DNA of 64,000 bases, from assembly GCA_035758925.1 (NCBI GenBank), contig DASTVV010000144.1:1281-65280 (forward strand). Reading direction: 5' to 3'. This DNA comes from Gemmatimonadaceae bacterium (lineage in GTDB: Bacteria > Gemmatimonadota > Gemmatimonadetes > Gemmatimonadales > Gemmatimonadaceae). The position numbers and the translations under genes are program-made. Position 1 is the stretch's first letter; every line of letters begins with the position of its first letter. Positions 20,384 to 30,849 of this stretch are shown piece after piece. The notes beneath the pieces are model-generated. The model saw nothing but the letters and a program-made list of their open reading frames with translations, ran no database searches and was not told the DNA's origin.

Positions 20384-23300
20384 ATGGGACGGCGGATTTG
20401 GCTTCTCCTTCTCGTACTGTGTGGCGTTTCCGCGGCGCATGCACAGGGCACGGGCCGCATCAATGGCGTTGTCACCGCCGACGGGAAGGCCGTGCTCGGC
20501 GCCACCGTCACCGTGGTCGGCCTCAATCGCAACGTGACGGCCGACGCCCAGGGCCGGTTCAGTCTCAGCGATGTTCCCGTGGGGACGCGCCAGGTGCAGG
20601 CGCGCCTTCTTGGCTATGGGGCCGTCACTCAGACTGTCACCGTCGCAGAGGGCCAGACCGCGACGGTCAACTTCGAGCTGGTGCGCAAGGCGGTTCAGCT
20701 CGAGGGCATCGTGACGACGGGTTATGGCACCCAGGAACGGAGCCGCGTCGTCGGGGCAATCTCGTCCGTGCAGTCCACGCAGATCGCCGAGATCCCCACG
20801 CACGATCCGATCAAGGCCATCCAGGGTCGCGTGCCCGGCGTCGAGATCGTCGCCGCGAGCAACCTGCCCGGTGCAGAGATGAACATGCGCATTCGCGGCA
20901 TTCGGTCCATCTCGGCGACCAACGAACCCCTGATCGTTCTGGACGGTGTGCCGATCGCAGGCGGAATCGCGGACTTCAGCGCCACGAACATCGAGTCAAT
21001 CGAGGTCCTGAAGGACGCTGCGGCGACGGCGATCTACGGAACCCGTGGCGCCAACGGCGTGGTGCTCATCACCAGCAAGAGCGGGTCGACGGGGACGCGC
21101 ACGCGCTTCTCATCGAACCTGTACTACGGCCAGCAGAAGGCCATCCGGCTCGCGGACATGATGAACATGCAGGAGTTCGTGGCCATGATGAAGGCGGCCG
21201 GTGTCTACATGAACTTCGCGGACACCACCGTGAATGGTGTGCTGCCTTATCCCGAGCAGCGAGCCGCGTATGCCGCCGGGCAGTTCACGGACTGGCAGCG
21301 GGCAGTGCTTCGGACCGGCGCGCAGCGCAACTATGACATGGGCATGAACGGCGTTTCCGGGAATACGCGCTTTGCGCTGGCGGGGAGCCTCTTCGATCAG
21401 GATGGCCTGACACTCGGACAGGCATACCAGCGCACGAACGGCATGGCGTCCGTCGATCATACGCTTGGCCGTCTCCGACTCGGCGTCACGGCAAACGCCA
21501 CGCGCTCGAAGCAGGAAACCGGTTCAGGAGACGGGTTGTGGGGCGTCGCGCTCGCGCAGACCGGATTCGGTCTCCCCTACGATGCCAGCGGTGGGCTGAT
21601 CACGCGGCCGGACGGAGAACCGCTCTCCGTCAATCCGCTTCGAATGCAGCAACTCGACATCGGCCAGACGACGCGCAATCGCGTTTTCGGCTCGCTGTTC
21701 TCGGACCTTCAGATCGCGCCGGGTGTGAACTGGCGCGTGAACTTCGGTCCTGACATCACGTTCTTCAACGTGGGTCGCTTCCAGGCGCCCGAGGTCACTC
21801 CGCCTACCACGGTGACGTTCTCGCGCGGAAGCCTACGGCAGCAGGAGAACTTCGCTTATACGCTGGATAACATCCTCCAGCTCACCCGCGACCTCGGCAC
21901 CTCGCATCACTTCGATGCGACGCTGCTCCACAGCGTGGCGAAGAGTCGCACGACCGTGGACTCCCTGTCTGCCCGCAACATGCCCAGCTCGGCCTCGCTG
22001 TGGTATGCGCTCCAGACCGGACAGATCGAGGGTCAGCAGTCCAACCTGTCCGAGATCGCGAACGAGTCGGTCATGGGGCGGCTGAACTACACGTTCCTCG
22101 ATCGTTACACCCTCAGCGCAGCGATGCGTCGTGACGGCGGCAGCGTGTTTGCCAAGGGCCACAAGTGGGCAGACTTCCCTTCGGTCGGCCTGGCCTGGCG
22201 AATGAGCGAAGAGTCGTTCATGCGCAGGTTTGACTTCGTGAGTTCCGCCAAGGTGCGCGGCAGCTATGGCGTGACTGGAAATACTGGCATCAACGCCTAC
22301 CAGTCCCAGGGGGCACTGCTCCGGGCGCCGTACAACTTCGGCGCCGTGAGTGGCATCGGCTTCGGACCGAACCAGGGCAATCCGGAAAACCCGAACCTCA
22401 CGTGGGAGAAGACGTACCAGGCCGACGTCGGCGCCGAGCTCGGATTCCTCGGCGATCGCATCACGACGGTGATCGACTGGTACCGCCAAAACACCAAGGA
22501 TCTTCTGCTAACCCGCGTTCTCCCCGCAACAACGGGTTACACCTCGACCCTGCAGAACATCGGCGAGACGTTGAACAACGGTCTGGAGCTGCAGCTGTCC
22601 ACGCTCAACGTCCGCAACTGGCACGGCATCAGCTGGAACACGGACATCAACTGGGCGCACAACCACAACGAGATCGTCAAGCTGGCGACTTCCGACACGA
22701 CGGGATGCCCGATCAACGCCCGCCCGTGCGATCTCAACAACCGCTGGTTCATCGGGCAGCCCATCAACATCGGTGCAACGGCGAACACCCCGTGTACCGA
22801 CCGGCAGCGCTGCGTGTGGTACGACTACAAGTTCGACGGCATCTGGCAGTATGCCGACACGGCGCTGGCCAGAAGCATGGGACAGTGCGCTGCTACGACG
22901 GCCATAACGGCCTGTCCCTTCAAGCCGGGCGAGATCCGACTCGTGGATGTCAACGGTGATGGAAGAATCACTCCCGGCGGCGATCAGGTCATCCTCGGCA
23001 ACACATTCCCCAAGTGGACCGCGAGCGTCTACAACCGCGTCACGTGGAAAAACTTCGACGCGTCGGCTCTCGCCACGATCAAGTGGGACTACACGATCTT
23101 CGACAGCTTCGGACAAGGCGGCAATCAGATGCAAGGACGCTTCGGTGCTCTGGATCTGCCGTACTGGACCAAGGAGAACCAGTCCAACGTTGCGCCAGCG
23201 CCGCGTCTCAGTGGCAACCCGGTGCCCTACAACGCCACGCGCTTTTACAGGGACGGCTCGCACTGGCGTATCAGGAACATCTCCGTCGGGTATACCGTGC

Positions 23301-23473
23301 CGCAGCAGTATCTCAACCGCCTGCGGTTGAACGCCGGAGAGGCGCGGCTGTACGCGATCGCGCAGGAGCCCAAGGTCTTCACGGATTACAAGGGTCCCGA
23401 TCCGGAGAACGGAACGACAGCTGGTGCTCCCGCCGTCCGCACGCTTCTCGTTGGCATCAACCTCGGATTCTGA
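20384..23473 (+). CDS. SusC/RagA-type TonB-dependent outer-membrane receptor
   Basis: GGAGGA RBS, then MGRRIWLLLLVLCGVSAAHA signal. Carboxypeptidase-regulatory-like N-domain (GRINGVVTADGKAVLGATVTVVG...GRFSLSDVP). Plug (IESIEVLKDAAATAIYGTRGANGVVLITSKSG). Large barrel ending LVGINLGF. Confidence 0.92.
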   Translation: MGRRIWLLLLVLCGVSAAHAQGTGRINGVVTADGKAVLGATVTVVGLNRNVTADAQGRFSLSDVPVGTRQVQARLLGYGAVTQTVTVAEGQTATVNFELVRKAVQLEGIVTTGYGTQERSRVVGAISSVQSTQIAEIPTHDPIKAIQGRVPGVEIVAASNLPGAEMNMRIRGIRSISATNEPLIVLDGVPIAGGIADFSATNIESIEVLKDAAATAIYGTRGANGVVLITSKSGSTGTRTRFSSNLYYGQQKAIRLADMMNMQEFVAMMKAAGVYMNFADTTVNGVLPYPEQRAAYAAGQFTDWQRAVLRTGAQRNYDMGMNGVSGNTRFALAGSLFDQDGLTLGQAYQRTNGMASVDHTLGRLRLGVTANATRSKQETGSGDGLWGVALAQTGFGLPYDASGGLITRPDGEPLSVNPLRMQQLDIGQTTRNRVFGSLFSDLQIAPGVNWRVNFGPDITFFNVGRFQAPEVTPPTTVTFSRGSLRQQENFAYTLDNILQLTRDLGTSHHFDATLLHSVAKSRTTVDSLSARNMPSSASLWYALQTGQIEGQQSNLSEIANESVMGRLNYTFLDRYTLSAAMRRDGGSVFAKGHKWADFPSVGLAWRMSEESFMRRFDFVSSAKVRGSYGVTGNTGINAYQSQGALLRAPYNFGAVSGIGFGPNQGNPENPNLTWEKTYQADVGAELGFLGDRITTVIDWYRQNTKDLLLTRVLPATTGYTSTLQNIGETLNNGLELQLSTLNVRNWHGISWNTDINWAHNHNEIVKLATSDTTGCPINARPCDLNNRWFIGQPINIGATANTPCTDRQRCVWYDYKFDGIWQYADTALARSMGQCAATTAITACPFKPGEIRLVDVNGDGRITPGGDQVILGNTFPKWTASVYNRVTWKNFDASALATIKWDYTIFDSFGQGGNQMQGRFGALDLPYWTKENQSNVAPAPRLSGNPVPYNATRFYRDGSHWRIRNISVGYTVPQQYLNRLRLNAGEARLYAIAQEPKVFTDYKGPDPENGTTAGAPAVRTLLVGINLGF

Positions 23474-23491
23474 GCCGACTCCACCCTCACA

Positions 23492-25468
23492 ATGGGACAG
23501 CGACGAATGAGACGGATTCTCAAAGCAGGTGCGGCACTCGCGCTCGTTGCGTGGAGCGGCGGCTGTGTCGACCTCTCGGAAAAACTGGTTTCGAGCCTCT
23601 CGAACGATTTCGTGTCGACGCCGGAGGGAATCACCGCGGCGACCAACGCCATCTACTCGAACCTCCGCGGCTACTACGGTCGTGAGCAGCAGATGGCGCT
23701 CACGGACCTGGGAACCGACATCTTCATGAACGGGGACCAGGTTGCGGCGGGCGGAGCGCAGAACTGGGAGTACCTCAACACGTACGTTTCGGCGTACAAC
23801 AGCCAGGACCAGCGCGTCCGGTTCCTCTGGGAACCGATGTATGTCCAGATCGCGCGCGCCAACGTGGTGCTCGAGAAAGGAGCGAAGGTGGCAATCGGGA
23901 CCGGGCTCACGCAGGCCGCCAAGGACTCGCGGCTCGGGGAAGCGCACTTCTTCCGCGCACTCGCGTACTTCGAGCTCGTGCAGTCGTTCGGCGATATCAC
24001 ACTGAACACGTCCGCGGTGCCGTCGGGCACGGCTGCCTCGCGTGCCCCGGCCGCGGAGATCTACAAACTCATCATCGCCGATCTCGACAGCGCCATCACA
24101 CTGCTCCCGGCCACGCAGTCCGAGTGGGGCCGCGTTCGCAAGGGCGCGGCGCAGCACCTGCTGGCCAAGGTGTATCTCACTCGGAGCTACAAGTCGTACG
24201 CCGAAGCCACTGACGCCCAGAAAGCGCTGGACAACGCCAAGCTGGTTCTCGACCCGACCAGCGGCTACTCGCTCGTGGCGGACTATCGCAACCTGTGGTG
24301 TGGCTCTCCATTGGCCGCGTTCGCGGCGAAGGATCCCAACCGACAGGGCACGTGCAATACGGCCACAGGCAGTGGGTTCAGTGAGCAGAACTCCGAAATC
24401 CTGTTCTCGGTGCAGTATTCGTATGATACGCAGCAGTTCGCGCCGGGTGCGGGCAACTTTCTCCATCTCGAGTACCTGGCCCACTATGACAATGACCCCG
24501 GCGTTTCCGTCGGCCTGACCCGTGACCTGGACAATGGCCGGCCGTTCCGTCGCATTCGCGCGACGCCATACCTGATCAACCTCTTCGATCGCACGCGCTG
24601 GGCAGGGACCCCAGGCGGCAGCGATCTCGTCGATCTGCGCTTCGATGGAACATTCCAGACGTTGTGGTTCGCGAACACGGCCGGCAACAACGCAGCCACA
24701 GGGAATGGAACAGGATGCGCGACGGTCGCGTCGTGCACGGCCGGCGGGGCAGTTGCGCTGAATGACACCGCACTCTGGATGCCGGGATACGCGGTATCCA
24801 ACGCGTTTCGCCAGACGAAGAAGTTCACGATCGTCGAGCCGTACGTCGCCACGAACAATGGGTGTTTGCCCGTTGGTCAGCCGATCGGTCAACCGGGTGT
24901 TGACGATGCTGATTGCGACAACCCCGGCATCACCGGCGGGAGGACGTTGAACAAGGCTCAGCGCCGCTACGGGTGGGAGCTGTTCCCAGCCATGAAGAAG
25001 TACCAGGACAACTCCCGCGTCGGCGGCTTCAACGATCAGGAAGGGGGCAAGGACCTTATCCTCATGCGTCTCGGCGAGACGTATCTCATCGCCGCCGAGG
25101 CTGCGGTGAAGCTGAACAACGCGACCGAGGCCGCGACCTATATCCGGACGCTGCGTGTTCGTGCGGCCTGCGGTGGCCCACCCGGATGCGCGGCCAGCCA
25201 CAAGGCGGACGCCGCGTTCGTCGACGTACCTCCCGCGCAGATCGACCTCGACTTCATAATGGACGAGCGCGCGCGCGAGATGGCCGGTGAGTCGAATCGC
25301 TGGCAGGACCTGATTCGGCCGGGGGCGCAGTTCTTTGTGGATCGCGTGAGCCGGCACAATCCGCCGGCGCGCGGGAACGTCAAGGCAATGCATGCGCTGC
25401 GTCCCATTCCGCAGTCGCAGATCAATGGAGTGACCGGGACGCCTTACCAGCAGAATCCCGGATACTGA
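23492..25468 (+). CDS. SusD/RagB-family outer-membrane nutrient-binding lipoprotein
   Basis: MGQRRMRRILKAGAALALVAWSGGC (lipobox), 18 nt after the SusC stop. C-terminal ERARE.AGE..RW.DL.R motif typical of SusD-like proteins. Confidence 0.88.
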   Translation: MGQRRMRRILKAGAALALVAWSGGCVDLSEKLVSSLSNDFVSTPEGITAATNAIYSNLRGYYGREQQMALTDLGTDIFMNGDQVAAGGAQNWEYLNTYVSAYNSQDQRVRFLWEPMYVQIARANVVLEKGAKVAIGTGLTQAAKDSRLGEAHFFRALAYFELVQSFGDITLNTSAVPSGTAASRAPAAEIYKLIIADLDSAITLLPATQSEWGRVRKGAAQHLLAKVYLTRSYKSYAEATDAQKALDNAKLVLDPTSGYSLVADYRNLWCGSPLAAFAAKDPNRQGTCNTATGSGFSEQNSEILFSVQYSYDTQQFAPGAGNFLHLEYLAHYDNDPGVSVGLTRDLDNGRPFRRIRATPYLINLFDRTRWAGTPGGSDLVDLRFDGTFQTLWFANTAGNNAATGNGTGCATVASCTAGGAVALNDTALWMPGYAVSNAFRQTKKFTIVEPYVATNNGCLPVGQPIGQPGVDDADCDNPGITGGRTLNKAQRRYGWELFPAMKKYQDNSRVGGFNDQEGGKDLILMRLGETYLIAAEAAVKLNNATEAATYIRTLRVRAACGGPPGCAASHKADAAFVDVPPAQIDLDFIMDERAREMAGESNRWQDLIRPGAQFFVDRVSRHNPPARGNVKAMHALRPIPQSQINGVTGTPYQQNPGY

Positions 25469-25507
25469 CGGGGGGCGGCAGTTGCTCAACGCATGACAGG
25501 TTGGTCA

Positions 25508-25554
25508 ACGGCCTCCGGTCGCGAACATGCTCGCTCGTGACCGGAGGCCGTTTC
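25508..25554 (+). terminator. Rho-independent terminator-like hairpin after SusD
   Basis: Perfect 13-bp stem ACGGCCTCCGGTC (25508-25520) / GACCGGAGGCCGT (25539-25551) with an 18-nt loop, followed by TTTCG. Confidence 0.6.
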
Positions 25555-25655
25555 GTCCCGGCGTCGCGGAGGGTCAGTGCCACCTTCGTTGCCGGTTCTC
25601 ATCGCGCCGGCCCGCCACGCATATTGGCACTGTTATCCCGAAGCTCTGACGGATC

Positions 25656-28010
25656 ATGACTCACACCACGCATCCGCGCGCGTCTCTCAAAACGGTCAAG
25701 GGTGTCCAGGCGCCGCCGTACCTGAACGCGTCGCTCTCGACAGACGAACGCGTGGCGGATCTCCTCGCGCGCATGACCGTCGAAGAGAAGGCGGCGCAGA
25801 TGATGTGCGTCTGGCAGGACAAGGCCACCACACTCGTGGACGCCGAAGGCCGATTCGATTTCCAGAAGGCCCGCGCGGCGTTCGAAAACGGCGCGGGAAT
25901 CGGGCAGGTTGGACGTCCCAGCGATGCGGGCGGACCTCCCACCGCCACCGGACGCGGACGCAACGCCCGGGAGATGGCCGAGCTTACCAACGAAATCCAG
26001 AAGTTCTTTCTCGAGCACACGCGGCTCGGCATCCCCGTGATCTTCCACGAGGAATGCCTGCACGGCCATGCCGCGGTCGACGCGACGAGCTTTGCCCAGC
26101 CCATCGCGCTCGCGGCGACATTCAATCCCGACCTCGTTCAGGCGCTCTACACCATGACGGCGGAGGAAGCGCGCGTGCGCGGTACGCACCAGGCGCTGAC
26201 GCCAGTCGTGGACGTGGCTCGCGACCCGCGATGGGGACGCGTCGAGGAGACGTTCGGCGAAGACCCCTGGCTTGTGTCGCGCATGGGCATCGCCGCGGTG
26301 CTTGGCTTTCAGGGCGACGGGACCTTCAAGGACAAGAAGCACGTCATTGCCACGCTGAAGCACTTCGCGGCGCATGGACAGCCGGAATCCGGGATCAACT
26401 GTGCGCCCGTGAACGTGTCGGCGCGGGTGCTCCGCGAAACGTTCCTCTATCCGTTCCAGGTCGCGATCCGCGACGCGGGCGCCATGAGCGTGATGGCGTC
26501 CTATAACGAGATCGACGGCGTCCCGTCTCACGCCAGTCGCTGGCTGTTGCGCGACGTACTGCGCGACGAGTGGGGCTTTCAGGGCTTCGTCGTTTCCGAC
26601 TACTACGCCATCTGGGAGCTGCACGACCGACCCGATACCCACGGCCACGGTGTCGCGGCCAGCAAGAAGGACGCGTGCGTTCTGGCGGTTCGCGCCGGCG
26701 TGAACATCGAGCTGCCGGAGCCGGATTGTTATCGCCACCTGGGCGAGCTGGTTCGCGAAGGCACGCTGGACGAGTCGCAGCTGGACGAGCTGGTGAAGCC
26801 GATGCTGCGCGCCAAGTTCGACATGGGGTTGTTCGACGATCCCTATGTCAGCCCCGATCTGGCGGAGCGCGTCGTCGGCAGCGCCGACAATCGCAAGTTG
26901 GCGCTGGATGCAGCGCGCGAGGTCATCACGCTCCTGAAGAATGACGGAGAGTTGCTTCCGCTCGACCCGTCCGCGCTGAAGACCATCGCGGTCATCGGCC
27001 CCAATGCGAACCGCAGTCTGCTGGGCGGCTACAGCGGCGTGCCCAAGCACGACGTGTCCGTGCTGGACGGAATCCGCCAGCGCGTCGGGAATGTGAAGGT
27101 GCTGTACAGCGAAGGCTGCAAGATCACGCGCGGCGGATCCTGGAACGCGGACGCCGTCGTGCCGAGCGATCCCGAGGAGGACGCCCGCCAGATCCAGGAA
27201 GCTGTGCGTGTCGCTGCTCAGGCGGACGTCGTCATCCTGGCGATCGGCGGCAACGAGCAGACGTCGCGCGAAGGATGGTCCAGGACGCACCTCGGCGACC
27301 GCGCGAGCCTGGACCTCGTCGGCCGCCAGATGGACCTCGTCCGCGCGGTCGCCGCCACCGGCAAGCCGATCGTCGCGCTGCTGTTCAACGGTCGCCCGCT
27401 CGCCATCAGCGCTCTTGCTGCCGAGGTGCCGGCGATCCTCGAATGCTGGTATCTGGGGCAGGAGTGCGGCACAGCGGTCGCCGAGGTCCTGTTCGGCGAC
27501 TTTAGTCCTGGCGGCAAGCTCCCGATCACCATCCCGAGATCCGTCGGTCATCTGCCCGTGTTCTACAATTACAAGCCCTCGGCGCGCCGCGGCTATCTCT
27601 TCGACGACGTGACTCCGCTCTATGCGTTCGGGTTCGGCCTCAGCTATACGACGTTCCGAGTGGACAACGTATCGCTGGTCTGGCCCACGATCCGGCGCGG
27701 CGACTCGACGATCGTCAGCGCGCGCGTCACCAATACAGGCACGCGCGCCGGCACCGAGGTGATCCAGACCTATGTCCGCGATCTCGTCAGCTCCGTGACG
27801 CGACCCGTCAAGGAGCTCAAAGGATTCCGGAAGCTGACGCTGCAGCCGGGAGAGGTGGCGACCGTCGAAATCCCCCTATCGCCGGAATCGCTCGCTTTCT
27901 GGGATGTGGACATGACGTATGTCGTCGAGCCGGGTGAATTCGCGGTGATGGTCGGCACGTCGTCCCGGGATGCGGATCTCACCACGGTCACGCTGCGGGT
28001 GGAAGAATGA
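25656..28010 (+). CDS. GH3 beta-xylosidase/beta-glucosidase, no signal peptide (cytoplasmic)
   Basis: LTVEEKAAQM, DPRWGRVEETFGEDP and the GFVVSDYY nucleophile motif, with a C-terminal Fn3-like domain. The N-terminus MTHTTHPRASLK has no signal sequence. Confidence 0.9.
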   Translation: MTHTTHPRASLKTVKGVQAPPYLNASLSTDERVADLLARMTVEEKAAQMMCVWQDKATTLVDAEGRFDFQKARAAFENGAGIGQVGRPSDAGGPPTATGRGRNAREMAELTNEIQKFFLEHTRLGIPVIFHEECLHGHAAVDATSFAQPIALAATFNPDLVQALYTMTAEEARVRGTHQALTPVVDVARDPRWGRVEETFGEDPWLVSRMGIAAVLGFQGDGTFKDKKHVIATLKHFAAHGQPESGINCAPVNVSARVLRETFLYPFQVAIRDAGAMSVMASYNEIDGVPSHASRWLLRDVLRDEWGFQGFVVSDYYAIWELHDRPDTHGHGVAASKKDACVLAVRAGVNIELPEPDCYRHLGELVREGTLDESQLDELVKPMLRAKFDMGLFDDPYVSPDLAERVVGSADNRKLALDAAREVITLLKNDGELLPLDPSALKTIAVIGPNANRSLLGGYSGVPKHDVSVLDGIRQRVGNVKVLYSEGCKITRGGSWNADAVVPSDPEEDARQIQEAVRVAAQADVVILAIGGNEQTSREGWSRTHLGDRASLDLVGRQMDLVRAVAATGKPIVALLFNGRPLAISALAAEVPAILECWYLGQECGTAVAEVLFGDFSPGGKLPITIPRSVGHLPVFYNYKPSARRGYLFDDVTPLYAFGFGLSYTTFRVDNVSLVWPTIRRGDSTIVSARVTNTGTRAGTEVIQTYVRDLVSSVTRPVKELKGFRKLTLQPGEVATVEIPLSPESLAFWDVDMTYVVEPGEFAVMVGTSSRDADLTTVTLRVEE

Positions 28011-28043
28011 ACGTCGTGCTCGTCGTTAAATCGCGCTCGAAAT

Positions 28044-28122
28044 GCGGAATGGGAATGGGAGATGGGAATGGGTCGGAAACAGCATTAGTTGGCCCCATTC
28101 CCATTCCCTTTCCCCATTCCGC
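28044..28122. repeat. hairpin of opposed GGGAAT-type short tandem repeats; G-quadruplex prone on both strands
   Basis: The left arm GCGGAATGGGAATGGGAGATGGGAATGGG (28044-28072) matches the reverse complement of the right arm (28094-28122) at 23/29 positions, with a 21-nt loop. Each arm carries 4 G3 (or C3) tracts. It shares GGGGAATGG with the 9855 element. Confidence 0.8.
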
Positions 28123-28148
28123 CGTTCGTATCTCCTGAGGATTCGCGC

Positions 28149-29666
28149 ATGAAGCTCTCGTTCGTCGAGAAAGCCGGATACAGCCTGGGAGACGCAGCCG
28201 CCAACTTCGTCTTCCAGACGATGATCCTGTTCCAGCTCAATTTCTACACGGACACGATGGGCCTTGCGGCGGCGGCCGCGGGAACGATGCTGCTGATCGG
28301 CCGCCTGTGGGATGCGTTCTTCGACCCGATGATGGGCGTGCTGGCCGACCGCACGAACACGCGCTGGGGCAAGTTCAGGCCGTGGGTCCTGTGGACGGCG
28401 TTGCCATGGGGCGTCGTGCTCGTGCTGGCGTACTCGGTGCCGAACGTCAGCTCGTCGTCCAAGCTGATCTATGCGCTGGGCACCAATCTCGTCCTCATGA
28501 CGCTCTATTCGGCGAACAACACGCCGTATTCGGCGATGAGCGGGGTGATGACGGGTGATACGGCCGAACGCACGAAGCTTTCCTCATATCGGTTCGTCGC
28601 CGCCATGCTCGCCCAGCTTGCGGTTGGCGGGTTCACCCTGCCGCTCGTCGCAAAGTTGGGCCATGGCAACAACGCGCAGGGATGGCAGAGCACCATGACC
28701 CTGTGGGCGACGATCTGTGTGGCGTGCTTCGTGATCACGTTCCTCACCACGCGCGAGCGCATCCAGCCGCCGCCGCAGCAGAAATCCGACGCGAGAGCCG
28801 ACTTCCGGAATCTCGCGGCCAATGGTCCATGGATCGCGATGTTCGTGCTGACGCTCGTCCACTTTGCGTACCTGGCGATGCGCGGCGGCACGATGTTCTA
28901 CTACTTCAACTACTACGTCGACCAGGGACAACTCCTCGCGTTCCTGCAAGGCATCGGCCTCCCCGTGGCGACGGCCGCGCTTCCGGACGGCGGCCATCCG
29001 CTGATGAACACGTTCGGGCTGATCATCAACGCCGACCACTCGAACGTCGCCGGCGTCGGCTTCAGCCTGTTCAACATCGTGAGCCAGGCCGTTACCGTGC
29101 TTGGCGTGATCGCCTCGACCATCCTCGCGGCCAGATTCGGCAAGCGTGCGGTGGCACTCGTCGGTTTTGCGCTCACAACGGTGTTCGGGGCCGCATTCAT
29201 CCTGCTGCCTGCCGGCTCCGTCCAGGCGACGTACGGACTCGAGATCGTCCGCGCGCTGGCTTATGCGCCGACCATTCCACTCATCTGGGCCATGTTCGCC
29301 GACGTCGCGGACTTCTCGGAGTGGAAGACGGGACGGCGTGCCACCGGCGTCGTGTTCGCCACCATCCTGTTCGCGCTCAAGACCGGCCTGAGTCTCGGCG
29401 GCGCGATGGCGGGGTGGCTGCTGTCCGCGTACGGATACCAGGCGAACGCCACGCAGACGGTGAACGCGCTGCTCGGCATTCGGCTCACGATCAGCGTCTT
29501 CCCGGCGATTCTGATGGCCGTCGTGGTCCTCTGCCTCGCGCGGTACAGGATCGGCAGGCAACTCGAGGGGCAGATTGCGTCGGAGCTCGAGCAGCGGCGC
29601 CGCGCGTATGCGGACGCCGCGCTACCACCTTCTTCGGGAGGGAAGCCCCGTGTCGCCGCGCTGTAG
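28149..29666 (+). CDS. glycoside-pentoside-hexuronide (GPH):cation symporter, xyloside/oligosaccharide transporter-like
   Basis: ATG at 28149. YSLGDAAANFVFQ...FYTD..GL.....G....GRLWDAFFDPMMG..ADRT.TRWGKFRPW is the MelB/YicJ/XynT-type signature. About 12 TM segments. Confidence 0.88.
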   Translation: MKLSFVEKAGYSLGDAAANFVFQTMILFQLNFYTDTMGLAAAAAGTMLLIGRLWDAFFDPMMGVLADRTNTRWGKFRPWVLWTALPWGVVLVLAYSVPNVSSSSKLIYALGTNLVLMTLYSANNTPYSAMSGVMTGDTAERTKLSSYRFVAAMLAQLAVGGFTLPLVAKLGHGNNAQGWQSTMTLWATICVACFVITFLTTRERIQPPPQQKSDARADFRNLAANGPWIAMFVLTLVHFAYLAMRGGTMFYYFNYYVDQGQLLAFLQGIGLPVATAALPDGGHPLMNTFGLIINADHSNVAGVGFSLFNIVSQAVTVLGVIASTILAARFGKRAVALVGFALTTVFGAAFILLPAGSVQATYGLEIVRALAYAPTIPLIWAMFADVADFSEWKTGRRATGVVFATILFALKTGLSLGGAMAGWLLSAYGYQANATQTVNALLGIRLTISVFPAILMAVVVLCLARYRIGRQLEGQIASELEQRRRAYADAALPPSSGGKPRVAAL

Positions 29667-30813
29667 TACCATCGTCGCCGCGTTGACGGTCTTTGCCGCC
29701 ATGAACAGCGGCTGTCAGACGCTTGGCGCGCGCTCGGGTGCGGGCGGTCCGCCGGGGACGCTCAAGGAAGCCTTCAAGGACGCCTTTCTCGTGGGCGGCA
29801 CGCTCAACGCCAATCAGTTCTCCGGACGGGACACGATTGGCGCGAATCTGGTCAAGGCGCAGTTCAACGCGGTCTCTCCCGAGAACATTCTCAAGTGGGA
29901 GTCGGTTCATCCGCGTTTGGGGGAGTACGATTTCAGTGGCTCTGACCAGTACGTGAAGTTCGGCCGCGACAACGGGATGTTCGTCGTCGGCCACACGCTC
30001 GTGTGGCACAATCAGACGCCGCGCTGGGTCTTCGAGAGTGCGCCGGGGCAGCCCGTGAGTCGGGACACGCTCATCGCGCGCCTGCGCGACCACATCCAAA
30101 CGGTGGTCGGCCGCTACCGCGGCCGGATCAACGGCTGGGACGTCGTGAACGAAGCACTGAACGAGGACGGCACGCTGAGGCAGACGCCCTGGATGCGCAT
30201 TATTGGCGACGAATACCTCACGCTCGCGTTCCAGTTTGCGCACCAGGCCGACCCCGACGCGGAGCTGTACTACAACGACTACTCGCTGGAAAACCCGGCC
30301 AAACGCGCGGGCGCCGTGACGCTCGTGAAGGGACTGCTGGCGAAGGGGATTCCGGTAAAGGCCGTGGGGCTTCAGGGTCATCACAAGATGAACTGGCCCA
30401 GCATGGCGGCGGAGGATTCCACGATCCGCGCGTTCGCGGACCTTGGCGTCAAGGTGATGATCACGGAGCTCGACATCGACGTTCTGCCGCCGGTCACGCG
30501 CGGCACGACCGCCGACGTGAGCCTGTCGGCGCAAGGCGGGAGTGCGACGAATCCGTACACTGCTGGTCTGCCCGACTCGGTGCAGCAAAAGCTGGCCACG
30601 CGCTACGCCGAGTTTTTCGAGGTCTACCTGAAGAATCGCGACGTGATCACGCGCGTGACGTTCTGGGGCGTCGGCGATGGCGACTCGTGGCTGAACGACT
30701 GGCCCGCGCGTGGCCGGACGAATTACCCATTACTGTTTGACCGGAATCACAAGCCAAAGCCGGCATTCGACTCCGTCATCGCGGTGACGAAGCGAGCCGG
30801 CATTTCGGACTAG
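29650..30813 (+). CDS. GH10 endo-1,4-beta-xylanase, lipoprotein
   Basis: GTG at 29650 preceded by GGGAGGGAAG. The signal ends in lipobox AAMNSGC. GH10 motifs ENILKWE, GHTLVWHNQTP, WDVVNEAL (acid/base Glu) and ITELDID (nucleophile Glu). Confidence 0.9.
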   Translation: MSPRCSTIVAALTVFAAMNSGCQTLGARSGAGGPPGTLKEAFKDAFLVGGTLNANQFSGRDTIGANLVKAQFNAVSPENILKWESVHPRLGEYDFSGSDQYVKFGRDNGMFVVGHTLVWHNQTPRWVFESAPGQPVSRDTLIARLRDHIQTVVGRYRGRINGWDVVNEALNEDGTLRQTPWMRIIGDEYLTLAFQFAHQADPDAELYYNDYSLENPAKRAGAVTLVKGLLAKGIPVKAVGLQGHHKMNWPSMAAEDSTIRAFADLGVKVMITELDIDVLPPVTRGTTADVSLSAQGGSATNPYTAGLPDSVQQKLATRYAEFFEVYLKNRDVITRVTFWGVGDGDSWLNDWPARGRTNYPLLFDRNHKPKPAFDSVIAVTKRAGISD

Positions 30814-30849
30814 CCCGACGACGGGATACTCGGGATCGAGGGAGCAGAG

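Noticed and set aside
22508-25489. 993-aa ORF on the minus strand
   Set aside because: It lies antisense to the SusC and SusD genes. It is Arg/Ala/Gly/Pro-rich with no recognisable motifs, a typical stop-poor shadow frame of GC-rich coding DNA.
25599-27551. 650-aa minus-strand ORF
   Set aside because: It is antisense to the well-supported GH3 gene. The composition is low-complexity (R/A/D/G) with no domain signatures.
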